The notes under the pieces: generated by a model
The model's database searches: none
What the model saw: the letters and a program-made list of their open reading frames with translations, nothing else
Told to the model about the DNA's origin: nothing
Program-made: the position numbers and the translations under genes
NCBI GenBank assembly: GCA_029006755.1
Contig: JAQXGO010000029.1
Span: 1-60,560, forward strand
Source of the DNA: Clostridia bacterium
GTDB taxonomy: Bacteria > Bacillota > Clostridia > UMGS1883 > UMGS1540
Direction of reading: 5' to 3'
Length of the DNA stretch: 60,560 nucleotides
Part shown: positions 1 to 9,040 of the stretch, piece by piece
Numbering within the stretch: position 1 is the stretch's first letter
Layout of the letters: the number at the start of each line of letters is the position of its first letter

Positions 1-48
1 AACGAAGGAATATTTTGAGAATACAAATTCATCGGCGTATATTTGCGG
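1..48 (-). repeat. Intergenic repeat module E2 (partial, at window edge)
   Basis: 1-48 aligns by eye with the reverse complement of 60355-60402 (shared blocks aacgaagg / atattttg / caaattc / tcggcgta). Confidence 0.55.
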
Positions 49-74
49 CAGACCCGGTTTTTCAAAAGTCTAAA

Positions 75-124
75 GGAGCCGTAGCAAAATGATGATTCAA
101 AATCTTTTTGCTACGGCTCCTTTT
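75..124 (+). terminator. Hairpin T1 of a conserved terminator-like repeat family
   Basis: GGAGCCGTAGCAAAA (75-89) pairs with TTTTGCTACGGCTCC (106-120), followed by TTTT. The same stem sequence recurs at 37339-37380, 46126-46159 and 60292-60325. Confidence 0.6.
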
Positions 125-235
125 GGGGCTGGAGAAAAATAGTGCGGAATGGACAAACTGCGCCAAAGCCGCAGGCTTTGGGTTCCCGAAGGCGTACACA
201 GGTACGTCGAGAGGCGAAGTTTGTTCATAGCATAA
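125..235 (+). repeat. Structured ~110-nt repeat, copy C1
   Basis: Near-identical to the reverse complement of 37141-37255 and 46013-46125. Contains nested stems (ggacaaact/agtttgttc, ccaaagcc/ggctttgg, ggcgtac/gtacgtc). Confidence 0.8.
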
Positions 236-240
236 AGCAT

Positions 241-364
241 TTATATTTTAAGGAATTCATTCTTTAGCGAATTTCCACCCTAACTTTTTGATTCTTATAA
301 GGCTTATCCGCATCTTCTCTAGAATCGTATGCATTATGCGGTCTGTGCATTTTGCTACGGCTCC
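241..364 (-). repeat. Repeat modules K1+E1, inverted copy of 60448-60560
   Basis: The reverse complement of 241-364 (ggagccgtagcaaaatgcacagaccgcataatgcatac...aaagttagggtggaaattcgctaa) matches 60448-60546 at roughly 85 percent by eye. Confidence 0.75.
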
Positions 365-384
365 TTATCCATTACAAACAAATT

Positions 385-864
385 TTATTTGGAGATGGAA
401 AGAATTTTAAATTCTAACACGGCACCGGAAGGTACAGGCACCTTAACGGTTTCGCCCACCTTTGCGCCTAAAAGCCCTTTCCCTACGGGAGATTCATCAG
501 AAATTCTGTTCTTGGAAGGATCTGCTTCGGTAGAGCCGACGATGGAATATTCAATCTCCTCGTCAAACTCAAAGTCCAAAACCTTGACCTTTGTACCAAC
601 ACTCACCACGGTTGTATCGATATGTTCTTCATCAATGACCTTAGCATTTTTGAGCTTATTCTCGATTTCAACGATGCGATTTTCAATTTGGGCCTGCTCA
701 TTTTTTGCTTCGTCATACTCACTGTTTTCGGAAAGATCGCCATACGCACGCGCCTGCTTAATCTTTTCGGCAACTTCCTGTCTTTTGTATGTCTTTAAAT
801 ATTCCAGCTCATCCTCCAGCTGTTTTAATCCATCAGCTGTCAGAATAGTTTGTTTCACTGCCAT
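385..864 (-). CDS. greA: Transcription elongation factor GreA
   Basis: 159 aa from the internal ATG ([24 protein letters not shown]...). It has the GreA N-terminal coiled coil and the C-terminal [18 protein letters not shown] motif. The ORF-track start at 912 adds 16 atypical residues. Confidence 0.9.
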   Translation of the reverse strand: MAVKQTILTADGLKQLEDELEYLKTYKRQEVAEKIKQARAYGDLSENSEYDEAKNEQAQIENRIVEIENKLKNAKVIDEEHIDTTVVSVGTKVKVLDFEFDEEIEYSIVGSTEADPSKNRISDESPVGKGLLGAKVGETVKVPVPSGAVLEFKILSISK

Positions 865-985
865 TATATTCACTCCTATTTTCATCCCAAACAACTTGTT
901 TGTAATATTCATATATTATAGCATGGTTGTTTTATAAAGTCAAGCATTTTATTGTTTTTTCATGAAAGTTCCCTCCTGCATGCGT

Positions 986-1741
986 TTATTTTGTGTATTT
1001 CGACAAATAAATCGCCACATCGTCATGCGGAATCGCAAAATAGGTCAGGAGAGCATCTAAGCTTTCCGGCGTTTTTTCCTGCCAGAAGGGCAAGATGGCG
1101 GCGGGCGGGACAAAGGTTACAGCATGGGGACAGTTGTTTTGAAAATCCAGTGTGCACGCGGCAGGGGGAACGAAGCTTGCTCCGGGCAAAAGAAGGACTG
1201 TATCCACCGCAGCGGACAACTTTTCACGCACCGGTACCACAGCCCCTATGGTGGCGAGCAAATCATCTGCAATTTCGGCTTGCACTGACAAAGGGGCAAC
1301 AATAAACGGAAAGCGAATACGCTCGGCAAAACGGCGTACAAGTGCTTTTGAATAATCCTCCCCAACCACAAGTGCTGCTTTTGCAGTAGAGGGAAGTGCA
1401 TCTATATATTTTTCCGCTGCTAAAAGTCGAAGCTGCAGGCTATCCCCCGAAAGAGTGGGGATGCCGAGTTCTTTGGCCATTGCAGCATTTTGTGTGCAGT
1501 AACCCTTTGTATGTCTACGAAGTTTTTGGAGAAGCATCCACCGCCGGATCCCACGCAAGGCGAGGTTACAGCGAAAAATTGTGTAGCTTCGCCCAAGCTG
1601 TTCCCCCTGTTCTGCCGAATAGCGTTTTGCCTGTATAAAAACAGCAAGAGGTTTTGTAGATACGGTTCTTTGTGTGCTCATTTGCGGTGATGCCCCCAAA
1701 AGCAGGCACCTACATTCCGAAAAGCGGTAGAAAAACGCCAA
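986..1741 (-). CDS. Hypothetical protein; N-terminal third may be frame-disrupted
   Basis: The C-terminal ~165 aa (MAKELGIPTLSGDSLQLRLLAAEKY...) have normal composition. The N-terminal ~85 aa are Arg/Cys-rich, and all three minus-strand frames are partly open across 1440-1887. Confidence 0.35.
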   Translation of the reverse strand: MAFFYRFSECRCLLLGASPQMSTQRTVSTKPLAVFIQAKRYSAEQGEQLGRSYTIFRCNLALRGIRRWMLLQKLRRHTKGYCTQNAAMAKELGIPTLSGDSLQLRLLAAEKYIDALPSTAKAALVVGEDYSKALVRRFAERIRFPFIVAPLSVQAEIADDLLATIGAVVPVREKLSAAVDTVLLLPGASFVPPAACTLDFQNNCPHAVTFVPPAAILPFWQEKTPESLDALLTYFAIPHDDVAIYLSKYTK

Positions 1742-1887
1742 CTAAAACCATACCGCGGTCGATCACAGCGTTTTCCGGAGCAACGGCGCCCGGGGCATCG
1801 CCGATGATGGTTACGGCAACTGCAAAGGTATTCTTCCACTTCATCCAGCCAAGCACCGATACAAGGCCTCATATGAACACCTCCTAT

Positions 1888-3438
1888 TTATCGGGGAATT
1901 AAAAGCTTTGTACCGGCCGGTACAGTGTCGCTTTCTTCAAGCCCGTTTGCTGCTGCAATTTTTGCTGTTGTCGTTCTATATTTTTTCGCAATATTCCAGA
2001 GAGAATCGCCATCTCCGACAAAGGCGATAACAACCGAAGGCCGTTTTTCTGCCGTATCTTCCTCAATGGTAATGTTTTCAATGGTTTCTACACTTTCCTC
2101 TGCACAAAGGCGCAGGCAAATATCCAGATTGATGCGTAAATCCACAGCACCGGAGGAAGAAAGGGAATAAAAGCAACCCAGGAGCGTTACGCGGCAACTT
2201 GGAATGGCAGTATCGTCTGCCTGGGTTCCCGCAGCAAACGTGAAGGGGACGGTATCGCGGTAGCAAAAGAGCGGCATGTCACTGTCATCGGTTAAATAAA
2301 GGACATACACTTCCGCCACGCCGGTGACCTCCACAGTACCGTTGTGAATTTCCACCGTTTTCACCTGCGGCCTGCCCACTACATTATAGACTTGTGCGAT
2401 GGGCGGGCACTCCGAAGGCAAGGACAGACTTTTCTTTGCTGCAAGCTGCTCGCGGATGCTGTCAACAATGGCATCCGTACGGCAGGGACGGCGAGAAAGC
2501 TTTGTATCGTAATTCGGCGCATAGCAATCCTCTAAGATTTCCATTTCCACATTTTGTGTAGCTTCTCCGCGGAGCGTCATGGTGACTTCTGCACCGACAT
2601 GCCGCGCGCCATCGCCTTCATCGTCAGTTTCATAATATATTTTATCAATATCATAATCCACTGTACAATCCATGCCCTCTGCCGCACCGGGCATATCGAG
2701 AATTTCCGTAAAAGGCAAATCATGCTCCATAAACTGCACAGAAGGGGAGGGGCCGGCAGATAAATACAAGGTCGCAAGCCGTATCACGCCTTTTGCTATG
2801 GCTTTATTCGTGATGACACGCACTTCCTGCCCCACAACCACTCCGTCCATTTTCAAAATTTCGCCTACGGCGGGTTTTTCTGCAGGCACTTCTAAGGTAT
2901 CTGCTGCCGTTACGGTAAATTCCCCGTCCGACAGCGTGTTTTGCATATGGATTTTACGCATGCGCATTGCAAGTTCCGTATCAGCGGTGGCGCCGGTTAC
3001 AAAATCGGTTTCCGCCTGCTTCCACTGATGGATCGTAAGATGCACGGTCGCTTTAATGGAAAGCTTTCTGGAATTTAAAAGCATGGATTCAATTCTAGAA
3101 AGCTCTGCCGAAACGGCACCGCGTAGATTTTCTGCATCGCCATCCGTGCTGCATACATCCTTAAAGGTCATTTCCGTATGGAGGCTGCGTACGGGGGCAC
3201 CCATCTCATCCTCCTCCGGAATATACAGGACACAGAAGCTTGCAACGCCGGTGCAAACCAGTTTATCCCCCTGCCGCTCCCGGCCGGTGATGGTGGCTCT
3301 GCCGTCTATTTGCAGAATTTTTAAAATGTCCGGTGCTGTATCCGGGACAATCACGTCTCCCTGCACCGTGACATCCGAGGCCTTCTCCTGCATCGCTTCA
3401 TTTACGCGCATGGCCTCCTTCAGTAGTGTTACCTCCAT
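1888..3438 (-). CDS. SPOCS/DUF3794-type protein with C-terminal LysM domain (SpoVID/SafA-like spore-coat morphogenesis candidate)
   Basis: 516 aa. C-terminal LysM signature GDSLWNIAKKYRTTTAKIAAANGL...GTKLLIP. GGGAGGA lies 7 nt upstream of the ATG at 3438 (MEVTLLKEAM...). Confidence 0.6.
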   Translation of the reverse strand: MEVTLLKEAMRVNEAMQEKASDVTVQGDVIVPDTAPDILKILQIDGRATITGRERQGDKLVCTGVASFCVLYIPEEDEMGAPVRSLHTEMTFKDVCSTDGDAENLRGAVSAELSRIESMLLNSRKLSIKATVHLTIHQWKQAETDFVTGATADTELAMRMRKIHMQNTLSDGEFTVTAADTLEVPAEKPAVGEILKMDGVVVGQEVRVITNKAIAKGVIRLATLYLSAGPSPSVQFMEHDLPFTEILDMPGAAEGMDCTVDYDIDKIYYETDDEGDGARHVGAEVTMTLRGEATQNVEMEILEDCYAPNYDTKLSRRPCRTDAIVDSIREQLAAKKSLSLPSECPPIAQVYNVVGRPQVKTVEIHNGTVEVTGVAEVYVLYLTDDSDMPLFCYRDTVPFTFAAGTQADDTAIPSCRVTLLGCFYSLSSSGAVDLRINLDICLRLCAEESVETIENITIEEDTAEKRPSVVIAFVGDGDSLWNIAKKYRTTTAKIAAANGLEESDTVPAGTKLLIPR

Positions 3439-3602
3439 AGTAATTCCTCCCATTCCAAAATAAAAAAGGGATTTACACCTTTCTTTTTTTACTACATGTA
3501 TATGACAGGCTATTTATTTTATGCCTTTTTTTGGTGCACATTTTCTGCACTGGTGAAAATGCAGTGCCTATGCTAAACTTGCAGGTGAAAGGAGGTGATA
3601 CA

Positions 3603-5261
3603 ATGCAAACAAGACGAAAGGCACGTCTCTCTCTTATGAGCGAGGCAGAATGCGCCCTCAGCCAAAAGTACCGCGAATTCTATCGCAGGGCTTACGAGGA
3701 CAAGGCGAGACGCGGGATACCGGAACGGTATGCTTTATACGATGCCTATTGGGAGGGCGATGTCAATTTGCCGCAATCAGAAAACGATCCCGGTTCTAAT
3801 ACCAACATTATTCACGCCAATGTAGAAGGACAGGTTTCGATGCTGATTGAACAGAATATTGGCATTCAGCCGCGACCGGTTGCTCCGCAGGATGCGCCGT
3901 TTGCCGATACGGTCCGCGAAGTGCTTACCTTTATTAAGGATAAGAACAAAATGGTGCGCAAGCTGGATATGCATGAAAGACGACGGGAAAAATACGGCAT
4001 CGGGATTTTGCGCGTATCCTTTGACCCCAACGCGTTGGGCGGAACAGGATTGCCGTTAATTGAGGCCTGCCATCCGCTCCATGTGTATGTGGACCCGGGG
4101 ATTACGGATGTATATCGGCTGAACGAAGCGGCTTTCATCATTGAAACGATGACAAAGTCGATTCACTGGGCAAGAGAACAGTACGGCGATGTGGTTGCAG
4201 ATGCCATTGAGCCGGGATACCGTCCCCTCTACGAGGAGGATCCGTCACGCCGTCCCGGGCAAGATGACACCTATTTACACATGCTGGTCTGGACACGAGA
4301 CGGCGGAATCCTGCGATTGGTTGAAATGACCGGATGTGGCCTCATTTTATCCGACAGCTTCCGCCAAGGAAAGAAAAGCTTTTATCCCGGCGGAGCATAC
4401 CCCTATTTCTTTACCCCTTTATACTGCCGCGAAGGCTCACTTTGGGGCAAAGGCGATGTAGAGCTTTTAATGCCCGTGCAGGACCTCATCAACGATTTGG
4501 ATGATCAAATCCGTATCAATGCACGGCTGACCGGCAATCCCCAGCGCCTAATTGAAGTGGGGAGCGGCATTGATCTGGATGCGATGACCAATGAAGCGGG
4601 ACTGAATATTCCCACCACGAGTATTCACGCAGTACGCAATTTAGAAGCACCGCCTCTGCCGAACTATATCTTGCAAAGACGTGACACGGCTTTGCGCTAC
4701 GAATCCGGACGTGTAACCCGTTTTTCCGACCAGATGACCGGGGCAAAGCAAAACGGTGTCACCACTGCGGCAGAAGCCACCATTTTGCAGCAGGGTGGTC
4801 AATCCATTATTCAGTACAAAAAGCTGCTTTTACAAGAAACGCTTGCCGAAGTATTTGCCTATTGCCTTGCAATGGTACGTGAATATTGGACAGACGAGGT
4901 TGCCATTCGGCTTTCCGGACAGGAAAATGACTTTATTTTCTTCCGTGGGGACAGCCTGCGAAACATTCCTGCCGGAGGGGATCGAGTGAAGGATGCGGAA
5001 TTTGACATTGTCGTTACCGTGGGTGCCGGCATGCCTTCCAACAAGGTGTCGGTATACCAGATGATGAGTGACCTTTGCGGGCGCGGCGTTATCAGCAGCA
5101 CAGAACTGCGGGACTTTCTGACAGATTACATGGGGTTGCCACTCGCAGAGGGACAAGCACCACAAGAGGGATTCCCTTTGCAAGGCAAACAGACGGCCAT
5201 GGAAGGGGCTGAGGCAGAAGGACTGTCCCCCGGCGGACACGTGATGCCGCGCAACAGCTGA
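3603..5261 (+). CDS. Phage portal protein candidate
   Basis: 552 aa. AGGAGGTG SD precedes ATG 3603. It is the first gene of the scaffold-capsid module. The N-terminal pattern (YDAYWEGD...NIIHANVEGQVSMLIEQNIGIQPRP...) has portal-like spacing. Confidence 0.65.
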   Translation: MQTRRKARLSLMSEAECALSQKYREFYRRAYEDKARRGIPERYALYDAYWEGDVNLPQSENDPGSNTNIIHANVEGQVSMLIEQNIGIQPRPVAPQDAPFADTVREVLTFIKDKNKMVRKLDMHERRREKYGIGILRVSFDPNALGGTGLPLIEACHPLHVYVDPGITDVYRLNEAAFIIETMTKSIHWAREQYGDVVADAIEPGYRPLYEEDPSRRPGQDDTYLHMLVWTRDGGILRLVEMTGCGLILSDSFRQGKKSFYPGGAYPYFFTPLYCREGSLWGKGDVELLMPVQDLINDLDDQIRINARLTGNPQRLIEVGSGIDLDAMTNEAGLNIPTTSIHAVRNLEAPPLPNYILQRRDTALRYESGRVTRFSDQMTGAKQNGVTTAAEATILQQGGQSIIQYKKLLLQETLAEVFAYCLAMVREYWTDEVAIRLSGQENDFIFFRGDSLRNIPAGGDRVKDAEFDIVVTVGAGMPSNKVSVYQMMSDLCGRGVISSTELRDFLTDYMGLPLAEGQAPQEGFPLQGKQTAMEGAEAEGLSPGGHVMPRNS

Positions 5262-5287
5262 TAAATTCAGCAGATAGGAGAATGTTT

Positions 5288-5521
5288 ATGCAGATTTACC
5301 TGCCGCAGGCCGTGGCAAAGCGCATGCGCCGCCACGCATACCTGCAAAGCATTGATTTGGAAAAACTACGCGATAATCCAGTCTGTCCCCGCTGCGAAAG
5401 AGCAGCACTACGGGATGTGGGCTGGAGTGAAAAACACATTGGGCATTGCCCCTATTGCGGGCATCGCGGCCCCATGCCGGTAACGGTAGGGGAATACGCA
5501 CAAAAAGAGTTATATAAGTAG
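5288..5521 (+). CDS. Small zinc-ribbon protein (phage block)
   Basis: 77 aa with CPRC...CPYC pairs. SD AGGAG lies 8 nt upstream of ATG 5288. Confidence 0.5.
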   Translation: MQIYLPQAVAKRMRRHAYLQSIDLEKLRDNPVCPRCERAALRDVGWSEKHIGHCPYCGHRGPMPVTVGEYAQKELYK

Positions 5522-5535
5522 GAAAGGATGTTTTT

Positions 5536-6282
5536 ATGGGAAAAGCAAAAAAGAAACAAGTTCTGTCACCGACACCGGTGGTGCGTGCTGCCATGCAGCC
5601 ACAGGATGAAAAGGCACATGCGGAACTTGCGGAAGAATGGCTGGATGCCATGACAAAAGAAGAGGAGCCGAACCAGAAGGATTTGGCAAAGGAGGAGCCG
5701 GAAGAAAGGTCGAAAAAGGCAAAGGAGAAAGAGCCGAATGACGAGCTTGCCGAGTTGCGTGCACTTTTACAAAGGCTCATGGACGACTTGGGTATTCAAG
5801 ACATGCAGGAACTTTCTGCACGCATTGACCAGGCAGAAATCCAAAAGCTGACAGAAGGCTACGGCCTGACAGGGGAAGCAGCACAGCTTTTCCTTGCCCA
5901 GCAGGAAAAGGTACGCGCTTTGCGTGCGGCGCAAAAAGCGGCGCAAAGAGAAGCAGAATATGCATCACTCAGCAATGATCCCCTTTATGCAGACATTGGG
6001 GACAAACGGGCAGAAATTGAGGCATTCATTCTGCGCACCGGTGTTTCACCGCGAGAGGCCTATGGCGCATTGTATGCCGAGGAAAGGCTACGCAGTCTAT
6101 TGGAAGAACAAGGCGAAAAAGCCGCGGAGAAGGAAAAGAAGGCACATGCCATTCCGGCACTTTCCGGTGGGAATGCCCAGGAAAAACCGGGGCATGTACG
6201 ACTTAGCGATGCAGAAATCTGGGCGGCTGAACGCGCAGGGATGACACCCACCGAGTATGCAAAATATAAATATTCATATTAA
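5536..6282 (+). CDS. Phage scaffolding protein candidate
   Basis: 248 aa, highly charged (K/E-rich) with helical coiled-coil character. Located between the portal and capsid genes. Confidence 0.5.
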   Translation: MGKAKKKQVLSPTPVVRAAMQPQDEKAHAELAEEWLDAMTKEEEPNQKDLAKEEPEERSKKAKEKEPNDELAELRALLQRLMDDLGIQDMQELSARIDQAEIQKLTEGYGLTGEAAQLFLAQQEKVRALRAAQKAAQREAEYASLSNDPLYADIGDKRAEIEAFILRTGVSPREAYGALYAEERLRSLLEEQGEKAAEKEKKAHAIPALSGGNAQEKPGHVRLSDAEIWAAERAGMTPTEYAKYKYSY

Positions 6283-6301
6283 AATTTGAGAGGAGATTTT
6301 T

Positions 6302-7249
6302 ATGGTTTCAAAACTTACAAGAACAAACTTTGCAGAACTTTTAACCCCCGTACACAGAAAGGTGTTTTTCGACACTTACAATAAAAAGGATAAGCAGTAT
6401 ACATCCATTTTTAAGGTGGATGACATGCATGCGAAGCAGGAAACCTTCCCGCACCTCGGTGCTTTTGGCAAGTGGGAGGAGAATACAGAAGGCAGTGATT
6501 TCAGACAGGCAGATATTACCATGGGCGATATTGCAACCTTCACAGCCAAACGGTACGATAAGGCCTACGAGGTAACGTGGGAACTTGTACAGGACGATTT
6601 GTACAACACATTAAAAGGAAATGGTCGCGGCGGCAGTGCTTCCAAGTTAGGCAGTGGCTTGCAGGCCACAGAGGAATCCCAGGCGGCCGGTGTGATCAAC
6701 GGCGGTTTTACCACCAACGGCTACGATGGCGTACCGCTGTTTTCCGACAGCCACCCCTTAGCAAGCAGCAGCAATACGGTTTCCAATCTGATTGTAGGGG
6801 GACTGACAGACGAGACACTTAAAGCAGCTTTGACAAAAATGCGCTTGCAGACGGACGAAGCCGGTGTATTGGTGGCAGCACATGCGGACAGACTTGTGGT
6901 TCATCCGGATTGGGAATTTACAGCCCGTGCACTCATTGATTCCACACTTCGCGCCGGCACAAACAACAACGATAAGAACACATTGCCTGGTCTTGACGTC
7001 ATTGTTTGGGATTATCTTTACGATGCTGCCGGCAATATTAAGCCGTGGTTTGTACAGGACAGCAGCATGGACAACCTGATGTTCCTGTGGCGTGAAAAAC
7101 CCATCTTTGACAGCGAAAAAATCGAAAACAAGATGGACTATCGCTTCTATGGCTACTGCCGTTTTGATACCGGCTATGTAGATTGGCGCGGACTATGCGG
7201 CTCTAACGGTGTTACAACTGCAGGCACAACAGAATCTTCAGCAGCATAA
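6302..7249 (+). CDS. Phage major capsid protein candidate
   Basis: 315 aa with a strong SD (GAGAGGAG). Position after the scaffold gene and size fit an HK97-fold coat protein. No frame disruptions. Confidence 0.6.
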   Translation: MVSKLTRTNFAELLTPVHRKVFFDTYNKKDKQYTSIFKVDDMHAKQETFPHLGAFGKWEENTEGSDFRQADITMGDIATFTAKRYDKAYEVTWELVQDDLYNTLKGNGRGGSASKLGSGLQATEESQAAGVINGGFTTNGYDGVPLFSDSHPLASSSNTVSNLIVGGLTDETLKAALTKMRLQTDEAGVLVAAHADRLVVHPDWEFTARALIDSTLRAGTNNNDKNTLPGLDVIVWDYLYDAAGNIKPWFVQDSSMDNLMFLWREKPIFDSEKIENKMDYRFYGYCRFDTGYVDWRGLCGSNGVTTAGTTESSAA

Positions 7250-7258
7250 GCGTAGCAA

Positions 7259-9040
7259 ATGGATGAAACAGAAAGGAGTGATTTTTTGAAGGTATCGGAA
7301 GCATTACAAAAAGGGGTGGAGGATTTTCTCACTCTCACTCCACAAGCTACGGCACACATGGAAAGTCACGAAAATCCGCATGCTGTAACGGCCGCCCAGG
7401 TGGGGCTTGGAGAGATTATTAACGAAAGGCAGGCAACAGCTGCCGAATTATCCGCACACCAGAATGCTTCGACTATGCCCCATGTGGCAGGAAGTGTGAA
7501 GACAGCGCATTTGGACGATGGCGTGGTGACCTCCGCAAAGCTTTCGAATGATGCGGTAATCGCGGAAAAGATTGCATTGGGCGCAGTGACAGAAAAGAAG
7601 ATTGCGTATCATGCGGTGAAGGAGGATAAATTAGGCGATACCAGCGTTTCAACCCGCGTGCTGAAAAATGGCGCAGTAACGGAGAACAAGATTGCTGCAG
7701 ATGCCGTATCCATGCCGTGCCTTGCCCCCGCACTTCGTAAATACATCGAGGGAAAGGTGGACAAGGTGGATGGACTTGGTCTTTCCCAAAACAGCTTTAC
7801 AGACAGCGAAAAAGCGAAGCTTGCTGCGATCAACGTAACGGAGGGCGACCTGAGTGTCGACCTCTCCAGCTACGCGAATTCCGCCTTACCTTTGTCGCTT
7901 GTTCCCACGGGGCAACGTTTGATTCAAAAGGGGAGCGAAACCATCTCGGGCGTAGGGGAATTTGTGTCTGCTTATGCCAATCCGTATACAAAGACGTTAT
8001 TAGAAAGCTGGACAGCAAGCGAGGATGGCCATTACGTAGTCCGGGCTACACTGCCCGACAGTACACAATTTACTGTGGACGGACCTGTGGGCGCAACTTG
8101 TCATTGCTTGACAGAGGATGCACTTTATATACCAGTCGTTTCGGAACAGGATGTACTGATCTATCAGCGATTCATTGCGGACGGCAGCGGGACGGCAACC
8201 TTATGGAAAACCATTTCCCTTACATCAGTATCAAACATAGAATTGATTGAAATATTTGTGGAAGAAAGCCAAATTAAACTGTTGTATACAGCATGTGTCA
8301 GCACAGAAGATCATACGCGGCTGCACTGCTTCTCCTACAGCGGCGAAGAACTGTGGAAGGTCTATACAATTACCCTATTCCGTACAACGATGACACAATC
8401 TTATCCGCAGGCAGATTATTTTGCGCCACGTTTCCGGAAAGCTGTGGATGGCGTAAATGGTGAGCTCTTCTGTTGCGGTGGCATGTATCGCGGCCAAATA
8501 GAGGATGGGCCGAACGTAAGCATGATTAATGCCTATCGCATCAATTCGGAGGGGGTTATTACAAAAGGGTATGGAGTGCGTCCAAACAGCGTAACGTTGA
8601 AAGATCTCTATCTGGATATTTGCACGGCCTTGGGGAACCGAGTCTATGTATGGGCTTATGGCGATGTATATTGCTTTGACGCAGATACGAGTGAGAAATA
8701 CACCTTCCTAAAGACGAAAAAAATGATTCAAAAAGGGAGAGGTCTTTCGTCGACCGCAGACGGAAAACTTATGATGGCACAGACGGTGCAGAAACCGGAT
8801 ACCGGCGTAGACTGTACAGAAATTTCTTTTATTGATGGCACCATGTTTGTCAATGCCCGTGACAGAGAACTGGTTACGGATTCTTTCCTTTTAGATACAA
8901 TTTATAACTACACGCAGCTTCATGGAGATAGCGTGCTTTGTTACCGCTATGATGAGGATACCTCTTCTCTTGTACGAGATGAATACCGACTGGCGAAGGT
9001 ATATGACATTTATGTAGGCAATCAGGAGGAAAGCGCATGA
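7259..9040 (+). CDS. Phage tail-fibre/spike-like protein
   Basis: N-terminal HENPHAVTAAQVGLG motif and about six ~10-residue AVTxxKIA repeats, plus GLSQNSFTDSEKAKLAAI, all typical of Firmicute phage fibre N-termini. The alternative TTG start at 7286 has a better SD (AAAGGAG). Confidence 0.55.
   Translation: MDETERSDFLKVSEALQKGVEDFLTLTPQATAHMESHENPHAVTAAQVGLGEIINERQATAAELSAHQNASTMPHVAGSVKTAHLDDGVVTSAKLSNDAVIAEKIALGAVTEKKIAYHAVKEDKLGDTSVSTRVLKNGAVTENKIAADAVSMPCLAPALRKYIEGKVDKVDGLGLSQNSFTDSEKAKLAAINVTEGDLSVDLSSYANSALPLSLVPTGQRLIQKGSETISGVGEFVSAYANPYTKTLLESWTASEDGHYVVRATLPDSTQFTVDGPVGATCHCLTEDALYIPVVSEQDVLIYQRFIADGSGTATLWKTISLTSVSNIELIEIFVEESQIKLLYTACVSTEDHTRLHCFSYSGEELWKVYTITLFRTTMTQSYPQADYFAPRFRKAVDGVNGELFCCGGMYRGQIEDGPNVSMINAYRINSEGVITKGYGVRPNSVTLKDLYLDICTALGNRVYVWAYGDVYCFDADTSEKYTFLKTKKMIQKGRGLSSTADGKLMMAQTVQKPDTGVDCTEISFIDGTMFVNARDRELVTDSFLLDTIYNYTQLHGDSVLCYRYDEDTSSLVRDEYRLAKVYDIYVGNQEESA

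Noticed and set aside
1678-1872. 64-aa Cys/Arg-rich ORF with an excellent SD, considered as a small metal-binding protein
   Set aside because: The composition looks like an out-of-frame reading of a GC-rich gene, and an alternative frame gives ordinary protein sequence. It is treated as part of a possibly frameshifted locus instead.
3514-3524. 11-nt match ttattttatgc also at 16119-16129, considered as attL/attR of the phage block
   Set aside because: It is short, AT-rich and plausibly due to chance. No integrase is present, and the right-hand copy lies beyond the terminator inside scrambled sequence.
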